This document shows positions 28,018 to 36,051 of a stretch of 47,248 nt of DNA, in pieces. Under the pieces are notes generated by a model. The model did no database searches. It saw only the letters and a program-made list of their open reading frames with translations, and was not told the DNA's origin. Made by a program: the position numbers and the translations under genes. Every line of letters starts with the position of its first letter. Positions within the stretch are counted from its first letter, which is position 1. The stretch is from the NCBI GenBank assembly GCA_964507925.1, contig CAZDRB010000002.1:1-47248 (forward strand), in the 5' to 3' direction. The DNA is from an uncultured Pseudomonadales bacterium (lineage in GTDB: Bacteria > Patescibacteriota > Microgenomatia > UBA1400 > UBA12108).

Positions 28018-29052
28018 ATGACCCCTCCATTTGTCTCAGTACTGATGCCTATCTTTAACGGAGAAAAGTTTTTAGATGAGTCCATAGTAAGTATACTAAA
28101 ACAGTCATATACAAATTTTGAGTTCATAATTATTGATGATGGATCAACTGATAATACCTCGAAGTTACTTAAGAGGTATAAAGCTAAGGACAATCGCATA
28201 AAAATAATCACTCACAAAAAAAATCTAGGAATAGTCATATCACTTAACGAAGGATTAGATAGAGCAAAAGGGAAGTATATTTTGAGAATGGATGCTGATG
28301 ACATAGCATATCCAAATCGATTTGTTGAGCAAATAAGATTTATGGAAGCTAATCCTGGAGTAGGTGTATGCGGCACATGGATCAAAGTATTAACTAATCA
28401 GCCATATGTTTGGAAGTCTCCTACAAATGATGCTGATATTAAAACTAGTTTATTCTTCGAATCTGTCATAGCACATCCATCTGCATGTATACGTACATCG
28501 GCTCTCAAGCAATCAGATCTCAAGTATGACCCAAAATATATCTACGTCGAAGATTATAATCTATGGCTAAATCTTAGTAAAAATTGGGAATTAGCCAACA
28601 TACCCATCCCTCTTCTAGAGTATCGTTCACATTCCTTGCAGACAAGCGCGGTAAAAGGGAAAAAACAATCACAAAACTTGCTCAGCTTAAAAAGTAGACT
28701 ACTAAAATCGCTCTATCCGAAGGCTGAAAGTAAGGATTTTCGTCTTCATCAAAAAGCGATGGGGTGGCCTGTCGCAACATCATTAGACGAGTTATTCAAG
28801 CTCAGAGATTGGTATAAACTATTGATTAATCAGAACAAGAAGTTGTCGATTTATCCTAAACATAAGTTTGCTTATAAAATTGCAGAAAAATGGGTAGGTG
28901 TTTGCCATTTAGCTAAAAATTTAGGCATAAAACGCTATTTATACATATTCACACTACCTCGCTTGGTGTTGCCAGGAATTTACATAATAATGTACATGAA
29001 ACTATATTCAGTAAATCAATATATTAAGGCCACAATCAAAAGATTTGTATGA
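28018..29052 (+). CDS. GT2 family glycosyltransferase
   Basis: VSVLMPIFNGEKFL, IIDDGSTDNT and RMDADDIAYPNR motifs. C-terminal hydrophobic segment. Confidence 0.8.
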   Translation: MTPPFVSVLMPIFNGEKFLDESIVSILKQSYTNFEFIIIDDGSTDNTSKLLKRYKAKDNRIKIITHKKNLGIVISLNEGLDRAKGKYILRMDADDIAYPNRFVEQIRFMEANPGVGVCGTWIKVLTNQPYVWKSPTNDADIKTSLFFESVIAHPSACIRTSALKQSDLKYDPKYIYVEDYNLWLNLSKNWELANIPIPLLEYRSHSLQTSAVKGKKQSQNLLSLKSRLLKSLYPKAESKDFRLHQKAMGWPVATSLDELFKLRDWYKLLINQNKKLSIYPKHKFAYKIAEKWVGVCHLAKNLGIKRYLYIFTLPRLVLPGIYIIMYMKLYSVNQYIKATIKRFV

Positions 29053-29843
29053 AATTATCTATCAGTGTATGTACTTACAACCGCTCCAAGAACTATGAAC
29101 GTGTTGTTGCCTCCCTAAAGTCACAGTTAAGAAATAATGTAGAACTAGTGAGTGTAGAAGGAGTTGCGGGTCTTGCTAAGGCGAGGAATATTGGTTGGCG
29201 TAAAGCTAGGGGGGAGTATGTCGCCTATATTGACGATGATGCCGTTGCAACATCTGATTGGGTAAAAAATATTCTAAACTTTATCAAATTACACCCAGAT
29301 GTAGTCGCTTTTGGTGGGCCTTACAGCTCGTCTAACCAGTCTGAGCTACCAACATGGATCCCAAAGGAGTTAACTACCATGGAAGTCGCTGCCAAAAAAC
29401 CTCGACCCATCCATCTCCCACACGAATGGCTGACTGGCACCAACATGATCTTTAGGCGGGACACACTAAAGTCGATTGGTGGGTTTGACGAATCTCTCGG
29501 CGTTACACCTACTAGGAGGGCCTATGGAGAGGAAACGGACCTCCTAATACGCCTGCATAACGCTGGCCATGAGATTTGGTATGACCCCAAAATCAAAGTA
29601 CTCCATGAATTCTCTAAACAAAAACAATCTTTCTCCTTTCTATTAAAAGATCAATTTACCCACGGCCTAAATAGTCGACATACTTTTAAGAATCTACAAA
29701 GAAGCGATCCCGGTAAAACTGCCAATACTATGTTTGATCGTCTGACTAGACCAGGAATATCCTTCAAAACTAGGGTCTATTTCCTCATAGCCCCACTCGC
29801 CTACATTTTGGGCATGCTCGTAGGTCGCATCAGGCACGATTAG
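29049..29843 (+). CDS. GT2 family glycosyltransferase
   Basis: LSISVCTYNRSKNY and AYIDDDAV (DxD) motifs, with a C-terminal TM helix. G+C returns to the flank level here. Confidence 0.7.
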   Translation: MKLSISVCTYNRSKNYERVVASLKSQLRNNVELVSVEGVAGLAKARNIGWRKARGEYVAYIDDDAVATSDWVKNILNFIKLHPDVVAFGGPYSSSNQSELPTWIPKELTTMEVAAKKPRPIHLPHEWLTGTNMIFRRDTLKSIGGFDESLGVTPTRRAYGEETDLLIRLHNAGHEIWYDPKIKVLHEFSKQKQSFSFLLKDQFTHGLNSRHTFKNLQRSDPGKTANTMFDRLTRPGISFKTRVYFLIAPLAYILGMLVGRIRHD

Positions 29844-29857
29844 AGTAGAATAATCTC

Positions 29858-30832
29858 ATGGGTAAAATCTTAGTTACTGGCGGATGTGGTTATATCGGTA
29901 GCCACGTTGTCAAAGCGCTTTCTGAGGCAGGGGAAACTGTGGTTGTGTATGACAATCTCACTCAGGGCAATCAATCAGCGCTCCTTGGCAATGAGGAGTT
30001 GGTTGTCGGTGACATCCTAGATACATTAAAGCTTAATAGTGTCTTTCAATCCCATGATATTGAGGCTGTTGTTCATTTGGCAGCTCTAGTTAATGCAGCA
30101 GAAAGTGTAAGTAAAGCAGACCTCTATCATGAGGTTAATGGCCGGGGTTCACAAAATGTCTGGGAAGCTGCGCTAAGTCATCGAGTTAAACATCTCATAT
30201 ATGCTAGTTCTGCCGCAGTCTATGGCACTCCAACTAGCACCGAACCTATTTCCGAAAATGCACCAACTATCCCCACCAACCCTTACGGAGAGAGTAAGCT
30301 AGCTGGTGAAAAATCACTCATCGAACTGTCAGTAAATCGTGCCAATTATCTAGCCTTTAGATTCTTTAACGTTGGCGGAGCAGAGAGTCTGGGGAGGCTT
30401 GGTCAAAGTTTGGCGAGCCGAGCTATTATGCAGCGTCTCTACGCGCATACCCTAGAAGGTGCTGAACCAGTGGTCATTAGTGGTAATGACTACAACACCC
30501 CTGATGGGACAGTTGTCCGAGACTTTGTTCATGTTGAAGACATCGCAAGCGCGATAGTTATGGGGATCAAGCATCTAAGAGCGGGCAATTCCTCAGCAAT
30601 CCTTAATCTAGGTGGGGGTGAGGCTCACACCATAGATGAAGTGATAAAACGTGTTGAAGCAGTTGTTGGCCATCCACTCTCGATAGTTTATGGCCCACGT
30701 AACCCTGGAGACATTAGTTACTCCTTGGCGAATATTGCGAACGCTAAAAAGCTACTATCATGGTCTCCTACTAGGAGTTTTAAAGATATTGTCGAAAGTG
30801 GTTATAACTCATATAGGAACCGTCATGCTTAA
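29858..30832 (+). CDS. galE: UDP-glucose 4-epimerase
   Basis: ILVTGGCGYIGSH, YGESKLAGE (YxxxK) and VRDFVHVEDIA motifs. 324 aa. Confidence 0.8.
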   Translation: MGKILVTGGCGYIGSHVVKALSEAGETVVVYDNLTQGNQSALLGNEELVVGDILDTLKLNSVFQSHDIEAVVHLAALVNAAESVSKADLYHEVNGRGSQNVWEAALSHRVKHLIYASSAAVYGTPTSTEPISENAPTIPTNPYGESKLAGEKSLIELSVNRANYLAFRFFNVGGAESLGRLGQSLASRAIMQRLYAHTLEGAEPVVISGNDYNTPDGTVVRDFVHVEDIASAIVMGIKHLRAGNSSAILNLGGGEAHTIDEVIKRVEAVVGHPLSIVYGPRNPGDISYSLANIANAKKLLSWSPTRSFKDIVESGYNSYRNRHA

Positions 30833-32363
30833 ATTCGCACTCGCTTGCGTTGGCATTATCGCATTCTGGTCTCTCATTACTCCCATGTTTGAGTTTCCAG
30901 ACGAGCAGGCGCATTATGGCAGCGTGGACTACCTTTTAAACCAGGGAGAGATGCCCAGCTACGGCAAAAATGATCTAAACCTAGAGATGCTCAGAGCTCA
31001 GGAGTATCTCGGTACTTTTCGAGATGGTTTGGGTAATAATAAGTACACTTATCACCCTGAGTACCATGTTGAATACACAAATACAGTTGTTGGTAAATAT
31101 GAAACTGAAATTATTAACTTAAATCGTAGTGAATTTCGCGACAATTATGTCGGTACCGAAGCCGCAAAATACCCTCCTCTCTACTACCGCCTAACTTCAC
31201 TCTATACTTGGCTTGTTAACTCTGCTGACTTAATCACTCGGGTATTCGTCGCCCGCCTAGCTAGCGTAGACCTCTCCATCTTGATGGCGATCGTTTCCTG
31301 GAAAATAGGCGAGCTAGTTTTTCATAAGAAAAATTACGTCAAAGTTTTTGTACTCATGGTCATGCTCCAACCGATGTATAGTTTCGTCACCGCTGGTATC
31401 AATTCTGACAATCTTCACAACCTCCTCTTTATGACGCTAACCTATGGATGTTTAAGGCTTCTCAAAACTGGTATAACTCTACCGAATCTTATTCTTATTA
31501 CTGGTAGTATTGTTCTCGATATTTATACCAAACCGCAGGGATTTATTGGAATCCCACTCGCGCTTGCCGCAATACTGCTCTATGCTATAACTCATAAAAA
31601 ATGGCACACCATCCTCTACTCATTTGTTGGTATTACCTTGGTCATGTTGCTCGCTACTAGCCAGTGGGAGAAATATGGCCATCTCCTCACTGTCTCAAAC
31701 AATCTTGGGATAAGTTTTATCGATTATCTTCGCTTTTCTGTTAGTAAGTTAATGGCACAAAATGTTGTTTGGTATTGGGGAGTCTTTAAGTGGCTAGGGG
31801 TGGTACTCCCTCCCATTTACTGGCAGGTAGCCAACCGGGCAATCCTCCTCTCCGTTATCGGCATGGCCATCTATTCCTGGAAAGTATGTAAGAGGAAAAA
31901 GTTAATCGCAGACCCCGTTCCAATTTTCTTTATGATCATTACCAGCATAATCTATGCACTTGCTATCTTCTGGTATGACTGGCAACATATGAAAATAAAC
32001 GGCTATTCTCTCGGAATTCAAGCGCGTTATTTTTTCCCAACCCTAACAGCTCATCTGGCTCTCATGTTAACAGGCATAACAGCCATAGGCTGGAATAAAA
32101 AGGCAAGAATCTGGCTTAGAAATCTAGTTGTAATCCTCTTCGTCGGGCTGCAAATAGGTGCCATCACACGCCTCATCACGATCTACTACCCAGCTACCAG
32201 CATTACTGAGCTATTTAATCAGCTGAGCCAATATAAGCCAGTTTATGCTAAGGGAGACTGGTGGTATCTCTGGTTCTTTATCTATTTCTACTCGCTTGTC
32301 TATCTAATCAAAAGCTCACTAGCTGTGGGCAAGAAGGTATTGGGGTGGCCTTACCAAAAGTAA
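30825..32363 (+). CDS. DUF2142-like polytopic membrane protein (second paralogue)
   Basis: FEFPDEQAHY, YPPLYY, GINSDNLHNLLF, VWYWGVFKWLG and QLSQYKPVYAKGDWWYLWF mirror 15291..16829. I prefer ATG 30825 (MLKFALACVG), an 8-nt overlap with the galE stop. The tracked 30690 start lies inside galE. Confidence 0.65.
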   Translation: MLKFALACVGIIAFWSLITPMFEFPDEQAHYGSVDYLLNQGEMPSYGKNDLNLEMLRAQEYLGTFRDGLGNNKYTYHPEYHVEYTNTVVGKYETEIINLNRSEFRDNYVGTEAAKYPPLYYRLTSLYTWLVNSADLITRVFVARLASVDLSILMAIVSWKIGELVFHKKNYVKVFVLMVMLQPMYSFVTAGINSDNLHNLLFMTLTYGCLRLLKTGITLPNLILITGSIVLDIYTKPQGFIGIPLALAAILLYAITHKKWHTILYSFVGITLVMLLATSQWEKYGHLLTVSNNLGISFIDYLRFSVSKLMAQNVVWYWGVFKWLGVVLPPIYWQVANRAILLSVIGMAIYSWKVCKRKKLIADPVPIFFMIITSIIYALAIFWYDWQHMKINGYSLGIQARYFFPTLTAHLALMLTGITAIGWNKKARIWLRNLVVILFVGLQIGAITRLITIYYPATSITELFNQLSQYKPVYAKGDWWYLWFFIYFYSLVYLIKSSLAVGKKVLGWPYQK

Positions 32364-33807
32364 TGCTATAACATGGCTCATTTATTTCAGTCTTTGGTGA
32401 AAAGCGCTCGAATGAAGTATCATCTGTAGCTACTCCATTCATCGAATTCAAAAATCTATTTTGTAACTCTATCCCCAAAGGATCAGTTAAAGCATGATCG
32501 GGTGTGTAAGACAAAATCATGTTGCTATTAACCTCTTTAGCAGTTAAGTGGCGAGCTAAGGATATTACGGGTTCAAAGTCTAACCAGAATTTTGAAACAA
32601 ACACCAAGCTAGCTCCTGGTTCAGTCTTTATCTTCTTGGTAACTATCTCTATTTTTTCTGCAAAAGAGTTAGTACTAGCAACTACTTTCGAAGCCTGAAT
32701 TTTGATTAATGAATATTGCGATCTCGTAATGAGTGCAATCATGATAAATGCCATTAAGACATAAATCCCAGGTGTTACTAATTTTTTTAACCAATGTTTA
32801 AAAATATAGTTGGTCACATAATATAGCGCAATTAGGTCAGCCACCCTAAACATAATCATCACTGGAAAGTCATATCGCATCAGTGTCGGGATTTGATTAG
32901 GGTAAAAAATGTACTGACTCGCAATAACTCCATATACACTCAGTAGTGCCATTAATGCAGTAATATTCTTATTATCTCTTGGCTTCTTAATATAGCTAAA
33001 GATCATCAAAATCAGTACTCCCACACTAAACAACATCTTTCTCTCCATAATAATTTTTGGTATATCCCACACAAATCTTGTCACTCGATATCGATAACTG
33101 ATTGCCTCACCATATACATCCGCACCCGCCCTCCCAGTAGCCACCAAGATTGCCGAGACTACCCAAGCAGTAAAACCTAGCGCCACAAAACTGCCTATCC
33201 ACAAAGACTTAGTCATCGCTTTAGAACGATGCATTTGCCATATCCAAATCAGTAGGAGCGGTAGTAAAAACAAAAAATTCTCTTTCGCTCCCACCGCAAC
33301 CACGTAGGAAAGAAGTAGTATCCAAGGACGCTTAAACACGTATCCATATGCAAAGCCCAATAAGGCTGGTACACCATATATCTCAGAAGGACCTAGTCGC
33401 GTGAGCAAATCAGGCCAAAATGGCATAGTCAGAGTGTAAAAGATAAACAAATAGGACAGTATCTTTGGGAAATACTTACTCATTACCTTCCAGCCCATCC
33501 ACATCGAAAGTACTAGTAGTACGTAGCGGGTAGCAAACCACAAAGTTGCATTATCTCTCCAAAGCATCGTTTCAAGTACGCGCAGGGTATAGTAGCTCGG
33601 GCGAAAGCGCAAATACTCTCCCCAAGCTCCGATCTCGGTCTTACCAATTACGCCAGGGAGCTCACTAAGCGTAATTCTCCCATCACTACCGAGGAAGTAG
33701 GGAATCTCATGGTCATCAATCATCCCAAGTTTTGCCGAGAATAGCCCGCCCATAAGATAAAAGCCAAAAACTGCAAATACTATTATTGGGATTAATTTTT
33801 GAATCAT
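32308..33807 (-). CDS. Polytopic membrane protein, probable GT-C glycosyltransferase
   Basis: 499 aa. GMIDDHEIPYF acidic loop after TM1, more than 10 helices and a C-terminal soluble domain. Translationally coupled (ATGA) to the upstream GtrB-like GT2. Confidence 0.6.
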   Translation of the reverse strand: MIQKLIPIIVFAVFGFYLMGGLFSAKLGMIDDHEIPYFLGSDGRITLSELPGVIGKTEIGAWGEYLRFRPSYYTLRVLETMLWRDNATLWFATRYVLLVLSMWMGWKVMSKYFPKILSYLFIFYTLTMPFWPDLLTRLGPSEIYGVPALLGFAYGYVFKRPWILLLSYVVAVGAKENFLFLLPLLLIWIWQMHRSKAMTKSLWIGSFVALGFTAWVVSAILVATGRAGADVYGEAISYRYRVTRFVWDIPKIIMERKMLFSVGVLILMIFSYIKKPRDNKNITALMALLSVYGVIASQYIFYPNQIPTLMRYDFPVMIMFRVADLIALYYVTNYIFKHWLKKLVTPGIYVLMAFIMIALITRSQYSLIKIQASKVVASTNSFAEKIEIVTKKIKTEPGASLVFVSKFWLDFEPVISLARHLTAKEVNSNMILSYTPDHALTDPLGIELQNRFLNSMNGVATDDTSFERFSPKTEINEPCYSITFGKATPIPSCPQLVSF

Positions 33808-34730
33808 AGCTTCGACTCATTAATCACGTAGAGTGGTCGCTTCTTCGTTTCCAAAAAAATCTTGCCGATATACTCGCCAATAATCCCGAGGATCAAAAGC
33901 TGCAATCCTCCAATAAACAACACACTAATGATTACAGACGGCCAACCGGTAATCACGTTCCAGTCGGTAAACCAGGCAACGAGGGCATAAACTCCATAGA
34001 GCGCTGTAACTGCGGACATGGCGAACCCGAGGACAGTAGCGAACCTGAGCGGGACTACGCTAAACGAAGTTATCGCATCCACAGCCATCTTGAGCATCCG
34101 TGAGAATGAATACTTCGAGCTCCCCCACACTCGCTTGCCAGGACGATACGTAATCATTTTGGAAGGATACCCACTCCATGTCACAAGTCCCCTCAGAAAC
34201 AGAGTTGACTCAGGTAGTTGCTTGATAGTCTCGACCACCTCGCGGTCAAGTAAGCGAAAGTCCGCTGTCCCTTCTTCTATCTTTGTCTCGGACATTGAGT
34301 TAATTAGTCGGTAAAAAAAAGTTGAACTCGCGTTTTTAAAGAACGACAAATTGGGGTCAATTAGACGACGTGTATACACAATCTTGGCTCCTTGCTCCCA
34401 CGCGCTAATCATTTTCGGGATAAGCTCGGCCGGATGTTGTCCGTCGCTATCCATTGAGATGACCGCCTCGCCCCAAGCTACGTCCAGTCCTGCCTTGAGC
34501 GCGTATTGATGACCAAAGTTGCGGGTAAAAGAAATGTACTGTACCAGATCGTCTTTCTTAGCCATCTCTTTAACCATTTTAAGAGTGTCGTCTGTCGAGC
34601 CATCGTCGACAAACAGGTAGCTTACTTCGTAGTCTGGAGGGACATGCTGCTTAACATTTTTTAGCAGCGGGCGGATATTGCCAGCCTCATTGTATACAGG
34701 GAAAATAATCGTTAATTTGGTTTTTGCCAT
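33804..34730 (-). CDS. GtrB/ArnC-type polyprenyl-phosphate glycosyltransferase (GT2 with two C-terminal TM helices)
   Basis: LTIIFPVYNEAGNI, VDDGSTDDT and SMDSDGQHP motifs, plus the C-terminal helices VTALYGVYALVAWF and VIISVLFIGGLQLLILGIIGEYIGKIF. Start ATG 34730 (MAKTKL) is preferred. The ORF extends to 34763. Confidence 0.8.
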   Translation of the reverse strand: MAKTKLTIIFPVYNEAGNIRPLLKNVKQHVPPDYEVSYLFVDDGSTDDTLKMVKEMAKKDDLVQYISFTRNFGHQYALKAGLDVAWGEAVISMDSDGQHPAELIPKMISAWEQGAKIVYTRRLIDPNLSFFKNASSTFFYRLINSMSETKIEEGTADFRLLDREVVETIKQLPESTLFLRGLVTWSGYPSKMITYRPGKRVWGSSKYSFSRMLKMAVDAITSFSVVPLRFATVLGFAMSAVTALYGVYALVAWFTDWNVITGWPSVIISVLFIGGLQLLILGIIGEYIGKIFLETKKRPLYVINESKL

Positions 34731-34790
34731 AGGACAATTATCGCATATCAGAAAACTAGACAACTAGGCGCAATTTGTTACATTTAATTA

Positions 34791-35396
34791 ATGGCAGAAA
34801 ACATTGATCTATCCGAGCGCGCGAGTGAAAGCAAAAAAACGGTCGGCCGCTCAGTTTCGGTAAACGGTGTTCACGCGATTGATTTAGACGTCAAAAAATC
34901 CGAGAACTTGAATGACCCGCTCCTTGATATCAACCTCAGGCTCAACAATCCCGTCGGTCGGCTCTGGTTGGCGCTCAAGAGGATCTGGAAATCACAAAAC
35001 ACTATCCTCAATTTTCGCTTTACCATCCCCCTCCTTGTTTTGCCGATCTTAATTTATGTTCTTTGGTTACTTTGGCAGGGGAGAGGTGCCTCGATTCCCA
35101 TGTCCAAGCTAGGTGTCATTCACGAAGTAAAAATAGATAATACTCCAACCGATATCTTGGTTCTCCCCACGGCTGATGTTTATGTGCTCTCATATTCTGG
35201 GAGCTTTGACTACAACACACGCCTCAAGGACAAGCCAGTGATCGCGGTCGGCCTATACCGCGCGAGCGCCAATACTTTGCGGGTCGATAGCCTGATCCCC
35301 TACGATGAGCTTGATCTACCCAAAACTCCCGTAAGTAGCTCTCAATCTAGGTCGGTCTGGGACACAATTTGGGATTTTATTACCCAGTTCCGCTGA
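34791..35396 (+). CDS. Single-pass membrane protein of unknown function
   Basis: 201 aa. Charged N-terminus, one TM helix (FTIPLLVLPILIYVLWLLW), then a beta-rich C-terminal domain. No motif recognised. Confidence 0.5.
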   Translation: MAENIDLSERASESKKTVGRSVSVNGVHAIDLDVKKSENLNDPLLDINLRLNNPVGRLWLALKRIWKSQNTILNFRFTIPLLVLPILIYVLWLLWQGRGASIPMSKLGVIHEVKIDNTPTDILVLPTADVYVLSYSGSFDYNTRLKDKPVIAVGLYRASANTLRVDSLIPYDELDLPKTPVSSSQSRSVWDTIWDFITQFR

Positions 35397-35416
35397 CCAT
35401 CTGCTATCATGTCATC

Positions 35417-35755
35417 ATGATTATCACCCAGTCAACGCCGTTCACCATTGAGCAGATCGAAGTTCTCAAAGAACAATTCGACGTGTATATCAAAACTGTA
35501 ATTGACATCGAAAAAAAGGTCTGTACTGCAGGAATGGATCGACACTTTGAAGGGGAACAGATCCTCCTTAAAGAGGGTAGTAAGCAAGCAAATATTTGGG
35601 GTGGAGGAATTGACGTCGAAACAAAAGAAATAGACTACAACTCCTTCATCAATATCCGCCCCAATGATAACAACACAAAAAACGAAATCCAGAGTGAAAC
35701 TATCAAAGAACAATATAGGCAAATTACTGAGTATTTTTTTAGAGCAATTTTATGA
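35417..35755 (+). CDS. DUF5674-like small protein of unknown function
   Basis: 112 aa from ATG 35417. VIDIEKKVCTAGMDRHFEGEQILLKEGSKQANIWGGGI...FINIRP resembles my recollection of the DUF5674 pattern (DIEK..., H..E...LLE.GS.Q..lWG, IN.RP). Confidence 0.5.
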   Translation: MIITQSTPFTIEQIEVLKEQFDVYIKTVIDIEKKVCTAGMDRHFEGEQILLKEGSKQANIWGGGIDVETKEIDYNSFINIRPNDNNTKNEIQSETIKEQYRQITEYFFRAIL

Positions 35756-36030
35756 ACGACACGCGACTACTAATCGGTTCGCTCTCAAACGACTTATTCA
35801 GGGTCGCATCCCTGGCTCAACGCGGATCAGATGCCGGAGCAATCCGGTTTTTGACAGAAGCCAAGCGTTGGTCGCGTCCCCTAGAAAAGATGAGTGTCTC
35901 CAAATATATTGTAGGCATTGCCAAAGAAATCTCGGCAAAAGAACCTGATTCAATCTCGCAGGCAGAAGCAGAAAAATACCTTATGTACGGAGTTTTGCTC
36001 CAAAACTACGCTCTGCATCAATTCCCTTGA
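35752..36030 (+). CDS. Small hypothetical protein (92 aa, predicted helical)
   Basis: ATGA overlap with the upstream DUF5674-like gene. No motif recognised. Coding status is supported only by ORF length and coupling. Confidence 0.4.
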   Translation: MNDTRLLIGSLSNDLFRVASLAQRGSDAGAIRFLTEAKRWSRPLEKMSVSKYIVGIAKEISAKEPDSISQAEAEKYLMYGVLLQNYALHQFP

Positions 36031-36051
36031 GTGTGAGACAATATAGTAGTC

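Larger units (their letters stand above)
20200..29050. other. Compositionally distinct AT-rich gene cassette within the locus
   Basis: Hand counts of G+C per 60-nt line: 20101-20160 36/60, 20221-20280 19/60, 20341-20400 12/60, 22681-22740 18/60, 28981-29040 14/60, 29161-29220 32/60, 4261-4320 33/60. Confidence 0.6.

Noticed and set aside
20200-29050. Interpretation of the AT-rich block as a classical mobile genomic island or integrative element.
   Set aside because: No integrase, transposase, tRNA attachment site or flanking direct repeats were recognisable. The boundaries fall within or at glycan genes, which fits cassette exchange by homologous recombination better than a self-mobile element.
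30690-30824. Tracked N-terminal extension of the second DUF2142 gene, starting at 30690.
   Set aside because: The extension overlaps the last 143 nt of galE in another frame and has no counterpart in the paralogue at 15291. ATG 30825 gives the homologous N-terminus (MLKFALACVG… followed by FEFPDEQAHY) and a typical 8-nt overlap.
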